Shown here one piece after another: positions 19,390 to 28,961 of a DNA stretch of 64,000 nt. Numbering within the stretch: position 1 is the stretch's first letter; each line of letters starts with the position of its first letter. The translations under genes and the position numbers were made by a program. The notes under the pieces are model-generated. The model was not told the origin of the DNA. It saw nothing but the letters and a program-made list of their open reading frames with translations, and searched no databases. The stretch lies in NCBI GenBank assembly GCA_034430425.1, contig DAOUEK010000007.1, positions 1,090-65,089 of the forward strand. The letters run 5' to 3'. The stretch is from Anaerolineales bacterium (GTDB lineage Bacteria; Chloroflexota; Anaerolineae; Anaerolineales; E44-bin32).

Positions 19390-20361
19390 ATGACAGTTGA
19401 AATCCCTAAGGTAAAGTACACCGGCAGCGTGCGCCAGGTAACCCTTGGCGCCACAGCCGACGACGGCGGAACGCGGAAAAGCACGTTAACCATCGGCGGC
19501 GAGACGACTATGCCGTTTATGCTGCATGAGGGCAACCTGCCCAACCGTCCAGCCCTCGCGCTGGAAATTCGCGATCGCAAACCGGAGGATTGGTCCGAGT
19601 TGCTCCATGAAATCTGGGGAGATGCGATCGACGATCCGGCCGCCTGGGCCAGGGCAGCCGAAGAAGCTGGCGCCGACTTGATCTATCTAAAACTCAGCGC
19701 CACGACCAGCGATGGCAATCCAAATACCCCGGAAAACGTAAAGAAGGTTGTGCGGCAAGTCCTGGAAGCCACAGGACTACCCCTGGCTGTGATCGGACCC
19801 GGGCAAGCCGACCTGGACAATGACTTGATCGTCGCCGTTGCCGAAGAAGGTAAGGGCGAACGCTTGCTGCTCGGTCTCTGTGAGGAGAACAATTACCGCA
19901 CCATCGTCGCCGCCGCCCTGGCGCACGATCACCTCGTCCAATCAAAGACCCCCATGGACGTCAATCTCTCCAAGCAGTTGGTTATCCTGATTCACGACAT
20001 GGGATTGCCGCTCGAACGCATCGTCATGGATCCAACCACAGGCGCATTAGGATACGGAATTGAATACGGATATTCCGTCATGGAGCGCCTTCGCCTGGCT
20101 GCACTGGGGGGCGATGCGATGACTCAACAACCGATGATCGTTACACCAGGTGAGGAAACCTGGAAAGTAAAGGAAGCCAAAGTCGGAGAAGGTGTCCCGG
20201 AAACATGGGGAGACTGGAAGCAGCGTGCGCTTGATTGGGAAGCCATTACGGCCACTGCAATCATTCACTCGGGAGCCGATCTCGTCGTGTTGCGACATCC
20301 CGAAACGCTCACACGCGTTCGTCACCTGATCGACGATCTGATCCAAACCCAAGCGGCCTGA
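19390..20361 (+). CDS. acsD: Corrinoid iron-sulfur protein small subunit
   Basis: IGGETTMPF, MDPTTGALGYGIEYGYSVMERLRLAAL.GD.MTQQP. AGGAGG RBS precedes ATG 19390. Confidence 0.95.
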   Translation: MTVEIPKVKYTGSVRQVTLGATADDGGTRKSTLTIGGETTMPFMLHEGNLPNRPALALEIRDRKPEDWSELLHEIWGDAIDDPAAWARAAEEAGADLIYLKLSATTSDGNPNTPENVKKVVRQVLEATGLPLAVIGPGQADLDNDLIVAVAEEGKGERLLLGLCEENNYRTIVAAALAHDHLVQSKTPMDVNLSKQLVILIHDMGLPLERIVMDPTTGALGYGIEYGYSVMERLRLAALGGDAMTQQPMIVTPGEETWKVKEAKVGEGVPETWGDWKQRALDWEAITATAIIHSGADLVVLRHPETLTRVRHLIDDLIQTQAA

Positions 20362-20379
20362 CAAGCGCGGAGGAAGAAG

Positions 20380-21723
20380 ATGGCATTAACCGGACTAGAG
20401 ATATACAAACTACTACCACAAACCAATTGCAAGGATTGCGGTTTCCCCACCTGTTTGGCATTCGCCATGAAATTGGCAGCTAAGCAAGCCTCATTGGATG
20501 ACTGCCCTCACGTAAGCGACGAAGCCAAAGCCAAACTTGAATCAGCTTCCGCACCACCGATCCGCCTGATCGAACTAACGAATGCAGATGGTGAAGTGAA
20601 AGTTGGGAACGAGACGGTTCTCTTTCGGCATGAGAAAACGTTCTATAACCGAAGTGGTCTCTTCTTAAGACTAAAGGACGATGAAGGCATTGATGCGCTC
20701 AAGGACAAAGTTACGGAGGCATGCGCCTTCCACGTGGATTACGTTGGCATTGACCTTTACCTGGACGGCTTTGCCGTCGAGGCTTCTTCGGCGGACCCGG
20801 CAACCTTTGCTGCGGCAGTGAAAGCCGTACACGAAACCGGCAAGAAGCCGCTAATCCTGATCGCCGCTTCAGCAGAACTGGCAAAGGCAGGGCTGGAAGC
20901 AGCAGAAGGTGCGCGGCCACTACTCTACACGGCCGATACAAGCAACTGGGAAGCCATGGCTGAAATCGCCAGAGAGAAAAGTGTTCCCCTGGCTGTGCGC
21001 GCCGAAACACTTGATGGCCTGGCGGAACTGACCCAACAGCTAAAAGCGGCCGGCGTTGAAGACCTCGTGCTGGATCCTCTGCTTGGTGGATATCATGATT
21101 CACTCCACAAACTCACCGCCATCCGACGTTTGGCACTCAAGGAAACATTTCGACCCCTTGGATACCCGATCATCAGTTTCCCCGGAGCTGTATCTGAAGC
21201 CGATGAAACGCTGCTCGCCACCGAACAGATTGCAAAATACGGCGGGTTGATCGTCCTCAATTCTTTCAATCCTGCCAGCCTGTACGCCTTGCTGGTGCTG
21301 CGGCAGAACATCTACACCGACCCGCAGAAACCGATCCAGGTTCAACCCGGTTTGTACGAGATCAACGATCCCAAACCCGACTCACCGCTTCTGGTGACGA
21401 CCAACTTCTCGATCACCTACTTCTCGGTCGCAAATGAAGTCGAGGGTGCTGGAAATCCCGGATGGTTGCTGGTCGCCGACTCGGAAGGAATGAGCGTGCT
21501 TACCGCCTGGGCGGCGGGTAAATTCGATGCGGAGCGAATCGCAAAGGATATCAACGCTTTCAACGTCGCTGATAAGGTCGGACATAAAAAGCTGGTCATT
21601 CCAGGTCACGTCGCCACCATCTCAGGCGAGTTAGAAGAGGAGTTACCAGGCTGGGAGATCATGGTCGGGCCGCGCGAAGCTGTTGATATTAAAGGGTACC
21701 TCGACAGCATGTGGCATAATTGA
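20380..21723 (+). CDS. acsC: Corrinoid iron-sulfur protein large subunit
   Basis: LPQTNCKDCGFPTCLAFA..DCP [4Fe-4S] motif, RQNIYTDPQKP, TTNFSITYF, VLTAWAAGKF. Confidence 0.96.
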   Translation: MALTGLEIYKLLPQTNCKDCGFPTCLAFAMKLAAKQASLDDCPHVSDEAKAKLESASAPPIRLIELTNADGEVKVGNETVLFRHEKTFYNRSGLFLRLKDDEGIDALKDKVTEACAFHVDYVGIDLYLDGFAVEASSADPATFAAAVKAVHETGKKPLILIAASAELAKAGLEAAEGARPLLYTADTSNWEAMAEIAREKSVPLAVRAETLDGLAELTQQLKAAGVEDLVLDPLLGGYHDSLHKLTAIRRLALKETFRPLGYPIISFPGAVSEADETLLATEQIAKYGGLIVLNSFNPASLYALLVLRQNIYTDPQKPIQVQPGLYEINDPKPDSPLLVTTNFSITYFSVANEVEGAGNPGWLLVADSEGMSVLTAWAAGKFDAERIAKDINAFNVADKVGHKKLVIPGHVATISGELEEELPGWEIMVGPREAVDIKGYLDSMWHN

Positions 21724-21812
21724 ACTTGCGCGCCCGGACTGATCCAACGCCGCATGGTAGATTTCGACATGCGCAGCAGGTTTCGTTCTTTGAGAGAGAA
21801 CATGAAGCAGGC

Positions 21813-21840
21813 ATCGAGACGTTGCGCGCAACGTCTCGAT
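21813..21840. repeat. 28-bp perfect palindrome ATCGAGACGTTGCGCGCAACGTCTCGAT (REP-like) between acsC and acsV
   Basis: Perfect reverse-complement symmetry checked by eye. Confidence 0.85.
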
Positions 21841-21865
21841 ACATATACCACAGGTAGAAACCAAC

Positions 21866-23794
21866 GTGGCAACCCATAAAGTGCACTTTCTGCCGATGGA
21901 TATAAGCGTTGAGGTGCCCACCGGGGCACTCATCACGGACGCCATCCACCAAGCCAAAATTGAAATACTGCAGCCTTGCGGCGGCCAGGGGCGCTGCGGT
22001 CGCTGCGCTGTCATCATCGAAGGCGAGGGCGCCCGAAGGCGTTCTACCATCCGCATCTCTGCGGAAGACGTCGCTGCCGGATACGCACTCGCTTGCCAGA
22101 CGGTCATCGAAGGCGGTCTTACGGTCACGATTCCGGAACAGGAAAAAATCGAGCGACGTCTGGTGACGGATAAATCTGCACGAAAAGTCGAGCTGCCCTT
22201 CGAATACGATCCGGCCGTACATCAAACCATACGTGTTTTTCAACTCGAACTATCACAGCCCTCGATCAACGACAGCCTGGACGACCTCAGCCGATTGCGT
22301 CAGGCACTCAAAGAACAAGGCGTGATTCATTTGGACGCACCCTTATCCGTACTGCAGCGTTTGGGAGAAACGCTGCGTCAGGCTTCCTGGTCGCCATGGG
22401 TGGTGGTCGATTTCGATGCACCAGGGAGTGAAGCAGCGGAATTGATCGATATACAGCCTGATCCCATTCAGCCCTTCGGCCTCGCTATCGACATTGGCAC
22501 AACAACCGTCACGGCATTTCTCGTCGACCTGATCAGCGGTGAAGTAAAAAACTCGGCCTCGGAGTACAACGGGCAGATCGCCCGCGGCGAAGACGTGATC
22601 TCCCGCATCGTATTCGCCGGCAAGGAAGACGGTCTGCAAACACTCAGCGCTTTGGTACGCGAGACCATCGACACCTTGCTCGACCGCCTGCAAAAACGCA
22701 CCGGGGTTTCCCCACAACAGATCTATAAGGTCAGTGTATCGGGAAACACCACGATGATGCACCTTTTTCTCGGCATCCCGCCGGAAACCATTCGTCTCAT
22801 GCCCTACGTTCCCACCGCCAACCAGCCTTCTTTCTTTCGCGCCCAGGAATTGGACCTAAATATCTACCCGCTGGCATCGGTAGACTGCCTGCCTGCCGTT
22901 GCTTCGTACGTCGGTGCAGACATCACCGCCGGGGTGCTGGCAAGTAAACTGTCTGACGCCGTAGACCTGACTCTCTTCATCGACGTGGGAACGAACGGAG
23001 AAACCGTTCTGGGAACCAATGAATGGATGGTCACCTGCGCTTGCTCGGCGGGTCCGGCTTTTGAAGGCGCTGGCGTTGTCGACGGTATGCGGGCCACACT
23101 GGGCGCCATTGAAGAGGTGTGGGTGAACACGCACACTTTCGAACCCACTATTCGCGTGATCGGGGGTGAAAAACCGACAGGGATTTGCGGCTCCGGCTTG
23201 ATATCCCTCCTGGCGGAAATGTTCGTCACCGGCGTCGTGGACCGCGCCGGCAATTTCAAGCTGGACATCGACACCCCGCGTGTACGAAAAGGGAAATACG
23301 GCCCGGAATACGTCGTCGCCTGGGGCAAAGACACCCAGCATGGCAACGACATTACCTTGAAAAAGGTGGATGTAGATAATCTCATGCGCGCCAAAGCGGC
23401 GATATATGCCGGCTTCAGCGTCTTGGCCAGCAGCGTCGGCGTCGATCTGGACGACGTACAGCAAATGCTGATCGGCGGCTCATTTGGTCAATATATCAAC
23501 GTCGAGAACGCCATCAAGATCGGTTTGCTCCCCGATCTCCCCTGGGACAGATTCCACTTTCTCGGAAACACTTCCGTTCTTGGAAGTTACATGGCGCTCC
23601 TCTCGCATGAGGCACGCGCACAAATTCTCTCCATTGCCGAAAAGATGACGTACGTGGAACTCTCAGCGGACAACACGTTTTTCGATGCCTTTACCGCCGC
23701 GCTTTTCCTGCCGCACACCGAGATCGATCGTTTTCCCAGTGTGGCTGAAATTTGGGAGCGGCATACGACAAGAAACGGATCTGGCAGCGAATAA
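21866..23794 (+). CDS. acsV: ASKHA-domain reductive activator of corrinoid protein (RACo/AcsV)
   Basis: N-terminal [2Fe-2S] CGGQGRCGRC..LACQ, DIGTTTV, DVGTNGE, CSAGPAFEG, GICGSGLI. Confidence 0.93.
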   Translation: MATHKVHFLPMDISVEVPTGALITDAIHQAKIEILQPCGGQGRCGRCAVIIEGEGARRRSTIRISAEDVAAGYALACQTVIEGGLTVTIPEQEKIERRLVTDKSARKVELPFEYDPAVHQTIRVFQLELSQPSINDSLDDLSRLRQALKEQGVIHLDAPLSVLQRLGETLRQASWSPWVVVDFDAPGSEAAELIDIQPDPIQPFGLAIDIGTTTVTAFLVDLISGEVKNSASEYNGQIARGEDVISRIVFAGKEDGLQTLSALVRETIDTLLDRLQKRTGVSPQQIYKVSVSGNTTMMHLFLGIPPETIRLMPYVPTANQPSFFRAQELDLNIYPLASVDCLPAVASYVGADITAGVLASKLSDAVDLTLFIDVGTNGETVLGTNEWMVTCACSAGPAFEGAGVVDGMRATLGAIEEVWVNTHTFEPTIRVIGGEKPTGICGSGLISLLAEMFVTGVVDRAGNFKLDIDTPRVRKGKYGPEYVVAWGKDTQHGNDITLKKVDVDNLMRAKAAIYAGFSVLASSVGVDLDDVQQMLIGGSFGQYINVENAIKIGLLPDLPWDRFHFLGNTSVLGSYMALLSHEARAQILSIAEKMTYVELSADNTFFDAFTAALFLPHTEIDRFPSVAEIWERHTTRNGSGSE

Positions 23795-23862
23795 ACTCGT
23801 TGTAGAATCGATTTATAAAGACGATTACACAAGGATTTGTTGAAGCTTACTAGGTGGTAGAA

Positions 23863-24630
23863 ATGACAAAAATCATTGCAATCGCCGGCAAAGGCGGCAC
23901 GGGGAAAACAACGCTCGCTGCGCTGCTCATTCAAACATTGAGTCAACGCCTGCCCGGTCCGCTTCTGGCGATCGATGCAGACCCGGCCACGAATTTGCAT
24001 ATGGCACTCGGAGTGCCCAGGCCGGAAACGGTTGGAGAAATCCGTGAATTGATGTCCGAAACAGCGCAGGCCGGTGAGCTCGGCGTTTCGATCAGCCGCC
24101 ATGATTATCTAAATCGCGAGGTGCGCCTGGCCATCGAAGAGGGAGAAACCATCGATTTGCTCGCCATGGGGCGGCCGGAAGGCCAGGGTTGTTACTGCGC
24201 CGTTAACCACATGCTGCGGCAAATCGTGGACGAGATCGGCCGCACATACGACACCATCATCATCGACAACGAGGCCGGTATGGAACACATCAGCCGACGC
24301 ACGACTCGCGATGTCGATCTTCTCTTGCTCATCACGGATCCCACCTTGCGCGGTGTGCGCACTGCAGCTGAAATGGCACAATTGGCAGAAACGCTTGAAG
24401 TAAACGTCAAACGCACACAATTGATCGTAAATCGGGTTAAAGGGGAAATGCCGCAGCCATTGCAGGATGCCATCGATGAGTTAGGTCTCGAGATCGCGGC
24501 ACTCATTCCTGCTGACGAGAATATCAACCGACTCGACGCACTGGGGATGCCGCTCGTGCAACTTAATGGAGATTCACCTGCCGCCCAAGCAGTAGAGCAA
24601 TTAATCGAACGGATTGTAAGCGAGCTCTAA
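23863..24630 (+). CDS. acsF: CooC/AcsF-type Ni-insertion ATPase
   Basis: IAGKGGTGKT, IDADP, GRPEGQGCYCAVN, DNEAGMEHISR; sits inside the acs cluster. Confidence 0.88.
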   Translation: MTKIIAIAGKGGTGKTTLAALLIQTLSQRLPGPLLAIDADPATNLHMALGVPRPETVGEIRELMSETAQAGELGVSISRHDYLNREVRLAIEEGETIDLLAMGRPEGQGCYCAVNHMLRQIVDEIGRTYDTIIIDNEAGMEHISRRTTRDVDLLLLITDPTLRGVRTAAEMAQLAETLEVNVKRTQLIVNRVKGEMPQPLQDAIDELGLEIAALIPADENINRLDALGMPLVQLNGDSPAAQAVEQLIERIVSEL

Positions 24631-24665
24631 TCGAACTACGTATTTCATACGACAGGAGAAGGTTA

Positions 24666-25589
24666 ATGTACAAAATCGGAGAGAACATCCATATCGTCTC
24701 ACCGAAGGTGAAGGAAGCCCTCAAAGATCGCGATGGGGGATTCTTCGTCGACCTGGCCCGCCGGCAAAAAGAAAGCGGTGCGGATGTGATCGACTTAAAC
24801 ATCGGGCCGCGAAAGAAGGATGGCCCTGAAGTCGTTGATTGGCTGGTAGACTGCATGCAGGAAGCCGTTCCGGGCATGACCCTGAGTTTCGACACCACCA
24901 ATCTGGCGGCTATTGAAACAGGACTGAAACGAGTGGGATCGAACGCCATGGTCAACTCCACCTCCGCCGAAGAAGAACGCCTGGCGAACGTACCACCCCT
25001 GGCAGCGAAGTACGACGCAAAAATGATCGCACTGTGCATGGAGAAGAGCGGCATTCCCGTCAGTGCAGATGAGCGCGTTGGCATCGCCATGGAAAAGCTC
25101 ATTCCTCGTGCCCAGGAAGTGGGTATCCCGATGGAGAATCTGTATGTCGATCCATTGATCCTCACCGTTTCCGGATGCCAGGAATACGTGCCCGAATCGA
25201 TTGAGACCATTCGCATGTTGAAGATGGTCATGGATCCGCCGCCGATGACGACTGTGGGACTATCCAACGTATCCAACCAGGTTCCCAATGATATGCGTCC
25301 ACTCATCGATCGTGTATTTGTCGTCATGTTAATGGCCGTCGGCTGCGACTCGGCGATCCTCAATCCGCTTGACAAGAAATTGACCGACACCATCAAAGCC
25401 GTCGAGGTCCGCGATGAGAGCACGCCGGTCAAAGCCCTGAATCTGAAGATTTTCGACGCAGTAGCTGCCATGGAGGAACCGACCGAAGACTTGGTGGATA
25501 TGTCGGATCCTGACCAGGTTGAAATCTGGAAAACGGTCCAGATTCTACTCAACAAGGTTATTTACGCAGATTCGTATTTACGGCTGTGA
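24666..25589 (+). CDS. acsE: Methyltetrahydrofolate:corrinoid/Fe-S protein methyltransferase
   Basis: Pterin-binding TIM barrel motifs IGENI, DLNIGP, SFDT, VNSTS, DPLIL, GLSNVS; operon context. Confidence 0.9.
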   Translation: MYKIGENIHIVSPKVKEALKDRDGGFFVDLARRQKESGADVIDLNIGPRKKDGPEVVDWLVDCMQEAVPGMTLSFDTTNLAAIETGLKRVGSNAMVNSTSAEEERLANVPPLAAKYDAKMIALCMEKSGIPVSADERVGIAMEKLIPRAQEVGIPMENLYVDPLILTVSGCQEYVPESIETIRMLKMVMDPPPMTTVGLSNVSNQVPNDMRPLIDRVFVVMLMAVGCDSAILNPLDKKLTDTIKAVEVRDESTPVKALNLKIFDAVAAMEEPTEDLVDMSDPDQVEIWKTVQILLNKVIYADSYLRL

Positions 25590-25712
25590 CGTCGATCGCA
25601 ACCTCGCCGGCAGGGAGAAATGGGACAACCCAGCAGGATCGGTTGTCCCGAGGCTGAAAACAACCATTCAAGACCCGGCCTTCATCGTTCGTTTCAAAAG
25701 GAGGGTATTCGT

Positions 25713-27080
25713 GTGGCTGAAGACACATCTCCACTCAACATTGAAGAATTACTGGCAAAAGCTGAAAAGCCATCCAAAGATGCGATGCGTTTGCATCCCT
25801 TCTACCAGGGAAAGGTTGAAGTAGCAATTAAGGCTCGCGTACGCGATTTTAATGACTTCGCCATCTGGTATACACCAGGAGTTGCCGCTCCCTGCCGGGC
25901 AATTGAAGCAGACCCCGATCTTGTATATGAACATACACACAAAGGTAACACCGTAGCTGTTGTATCCGACGGTACCCGTGTGCTCGGTTTGGGTGACATC
26001 GGCCCAAAAGCCGGTTTGCCGGTCATGGAAGGCAAAGCCTTGCTGTACAAATACCTGGGGGGTGTGGATGCCTGGCCGATCATGCTTGGCACCAAAGATC
26101 CGGATAAAATCATCGAAACCGTATTGCTGCTGCAGCCCGGGTTTGGCGGCGTCAATCTAGAAGATATTTCTCAACCCAAGTGCTTTCGGATACTCGACAC
26201 CCTGCGTGCTGAAGCGGAAATTCCCATCTGGCACGACGATCAACAAGGAACTGCGACCGTTACATTGGCAGCCTTGCTGAATGCATTAAAAATCGTTGGC
26301 AAAAAAATCGATGAAGTCCAGATCGCCTTCATCGGGACGGGAGCTGCAAATGTGGCTTGTGCGCGGCTGATATTCGCTTCAGGCGCCACACCGGCCATCT
26401 GCTACATGGTCGACAGCAAAGGCATATTGCACAAGGGCCGCAAAGACCTGGAGATGCGTAAGGCGGAATACGTCGACAAGTGGAAATTCTGCCAGATCAC
26501 GAACGAGGAAGGTCGAGAAGGCGATACCGCTGCTGCCATGCGGGGAGCGGATGTCGTTATCGCACTATCGAAACCAGGTCCCGGAACCATCCTGCCCGAA
26601 TGGGTTTCCGCCATGGCCAAGGATGCGATCGTCTTCGCCTGTGCAAATCCCGTTCCGGAAATATGGCCGTGGGAGGCGCAGAAAGCGGGTGCTGCCGTGA
26701 TCGCCACTGGGCGCTCTGACTTCCCCAATCAAGTCAATAATTCTCTTGGTTTTCCTGGCATTTTCCGCGGCACACTCGATGTGCGCGCCCAAACCATCAC
26801 CGACTCAATGTGTATGGCAGCGGCCGAAGCACTCGCCTCAATGGCCGAGAAAAAAGGATTAAACAACAAATACATCCTACCCAACATGGATGAATGGGAA
26901 GTATTTCCGAGAGAAGCCGCTGCGGTTGCCACAAAAGCAGTCGAAGAGGGCATCGCCCAAAACCCCATGACGTACGACGAAGAACTTCGAAACGCCGAAG
27001 CGATCATCCGTCGCTCACGAGATCTAACTGCGTCCATGATGGCCGAAGGCTTTATCGCCATGGCAAACGGGGAGGAGTAA
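25713..27080 (+). CDS. NAD(P)-dependent malic enzyme (MaeB N-terminal type, no Pta domain)
   Basis: YTPGVAAPC, VSDGTRVLGLGDIG, PVMEGKALL, NLEDISQPKCF, HDDQQGTA, ATGRSDFPNQVNN. GTG 25713 follows AAGGAGG. Confidence 0.93.
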   Translation: MAEDTSPLNIEELLAKAEKPSKDAMRLHPFYQGKVEVAIKARVRDFNDFAIWYTPGVAAPCRAIEADPDLVYEHTHKGNTVAVVSDGTRVLGLGDIGPKAGLPVMEGKALLYKYLGGVDAWPIMLGTKDPDKIIETVLLLQPGFGGVNLEDISQPKCFRILDTLRAEAEIPIWHDDQQGTATVTLAALLNALKIVGKKIDEVQIAFIGTGAANVACARLIFASGATPAICYMVDSKGILHKGRKDLEMRKAEYVDKWKFCQITNEEGREGDTAAAMRGADVVIALSKPGPGTILPEWVSAMAKDAIVFACANPVPEIWPWEAQKAGAAVIATGRSDFPNQVNNSLGFPGIFRGTLDVRAQTITDSMCMAAAEALASMAEKKGLNNKYILPNMDEWEVFPREAAAVATKAVEEGIAQNPMTYDEELRNAEAIIRRSRDLTASMMAEGFIAMANGEE

Positions 27081-27085
27081 AGACG

Positions 27086-27994
27086 ATGTACGATTTAATC
27101 ATCTTGGGTGGAGGACCTGCTGGTCTTACTGCGACGATTTATGCACTGCGCAAACGTCTCAACGTGTTATTAATCACTCGCGATCTGGGTGGCAAGACCA
27201 ATTACCGTCTCCAACTTCCTTTCGTGAATCAATACCTCGTCATCTCCGGTGAGGAAATCGTCACCCGCTTCATCAGCGAAATCAATTACCTGGAATTCGC
27301 CCGGGATATAGACAAAGCTGAAAAGGTCAAGAAGATCAAGCACGGCTATGAAGTCACGACCCGAGAGGGGAAGAAGCATCAAACGAAGTCTTTGATTATT
27401 GCCACAGGTGCATTGGGTAGATTACTCGATGTCCCCGGCGAGAAAGAATATATGATGCGCGGCTTGTGCTACAGCGCGGTGTCGTATGCGCCGCTTTTTA
27501 TCGACCGTAATGCAGTCGTCATCGGCGACACGCACCTGGCACTCCGTTCGACGGCCGAGTTGGCGCGCATCGCCAAGAAGGTCAGTCTGGTCGCGCCTTC
27601 GCATGGCGACCTGGACTCCGTCATGGGGCGTAAAGTGCGATCGGCACCGAACGTGGAAATCCTGGAAGGCTTCAGAGTCAACGCTGTAATGGGAGATGAC
27701 TACGCGCGAAAAATCGTCATTCAAAGGAACGACGAAGAACGAGAGCTCGAAGCGGATGCGTTCTTCGTAGAACTTGAATTGCAGCCCCAATCGCAGATTG
27801 TCGCCGATCTGGTGGATTGTGATGAATTGGGCCGTATTAAAGTAGACAGCAGCAATAAGACCTCCGTCGAAGGCGTCTTCGCCGCAGGTGATGTTACCAA
27901 TGTGATGGCCGAACAGGTCCTCATTGCCGTTGGGGAAGGTGTAAAAGCCGCTCTCTCCGCCTACGAATACTTATTAGAGTATGCGGACGATTGA
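27086..27994 (+). CDS. Thioredoxin-reductase-fold FAD oxidoreductase lacking the CXXC active site
   Basis: GGGPAGLTA, IIATGA, TSVEGVFAAGDV. The usual GVSYCATCD position reads GLCYSAVSY. Confidence 0.88.
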   Translation: MYDLIILGGGPAGLTATIYALRKRLNVLLITRDLGGKTNYRLQLPFVNQYLVISGEEIVTRFISEINYLEFARDIDKAEKVKKIKHGYEVTTREGKKHQTKSLIIATGALGRLLDVPGEKEYMMRGLCYSAVSYAPLFIDRNAVVIGDTHLALRSTAELARIAKKVSLVAPSHGDLDSVMGRKVRSAPNVEILEGFRVNAVMGDDYARKIVIQRNDEERELEADAFFVELELQPQSQIVADLVDCDELGRIKVDSSNKTSVEGVFAAGDVTNVMAEQVLIAVGEGVKAALSAYEYLLEYADD

Positions 27995-28086
27995 AGGGGA
28001 CAGGGTCGCCAAAAAGAGGGGATTTACAAACCGCCTTTGACCGGGAAGTATCTGGGTGTCATCTCTGGTGATGCCCCCTCCAAAGT

Positions 28087-28806
28087 TCATCCATCGAGAG
28101 AAGTCTGGGTTGACTTTGCCGATACGATGAATCGTACCGTGCCAAAATTAATTCGGATGTGGTTCAATATCGAATACATGAAGATACCCATACCTAGCAG
28201 TTCAAGCCCCTCTTCCAAGACCACGAACGCCTGATAAGCAAAATTCCCAATGCCGTACAATGCATCCTGCCGCCCACCTAGATACTCGAAGCCAGCGACA
28301 CCCGAAAGATAGACCAGTCCAGAAACAATGAATAACACCTTTGTCTCACCAGGTAGGCGCAGGACAAACCGCAAGTAAATGACTCCAACCAAAATAGCGA
28401 GTGCGCCGTACGGAATCAGCCATACCATGTCATAGAGCGCTTCAGGATTATATACTCCCCGCAGCGGTCCGCCCAACTTCTCATGGATTCGGACGGTCTC
28501 ATCCACCGCCATGTACAAGAAAAGAATAGCGAGACCGATCCAATAAAGAAAGCCCGAGGATCGATTTCGTTTTACAAGATGGGCGACGACGAACAACAAA
28601 AGACTACAAATCCCCAGCCCCATTGAAGAAACGAAAGTGGGGATACTATCCTCACGATTGAGATCAAAGAAATAGAATCCAAATGTCCTGCCGTAGAAAT
28701 GATCAGTAATTCGTCCCCCGATATGACCCAGTACCATAATGAGGGAGACGGTGAGAAATATCATCGCCACTCTCTTCGGTTTCACCGAAATATCCATTAT
28801 CACCAA
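28087..28806 (-). CDS. Hypothetical multi-pass membrane protein
   Basis: About 6-7 hydrophobic helices; motifs EDSIPT, DE..RIHE, EEGLE; no function recognised. Confidence 0.7.
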   Translation of the reverse strand: MVIMDISVKPKRVAMIFLTVSLIMVLGHIGGRITDHFYGRTFGFYFFDLNREDSIPTFVSSMGLGICSLLLFVVAHLVKRNRSSGFLYWIGLAILFLYMAVDETVRIHEKLGGPLRGVYNPEALYDMVWLIPYGALAILVGVIYLRFVLRLPGETKVLFIVSGLVYLSGVAGFEYLGGRQDALYGIGNFAYQAFVVLEEGLELLGMGIFMYSILNHIRINFGTVRFIVSAKSTQTSLDG

Positions 28807-28961
28807 TCCCTTTCATCTCGCAGGGCAACCGAGTGTGTTGCGAGGAACAGCTTCCAATTTACACAACCTTGAAACGCCACAAGGGTAGCCAGTACTACTC
28901 TTCACGTCAAGTATCAATCTGGAAAATAAAAATGTGACTCAGTTTCCCGATACTTGCGGAA

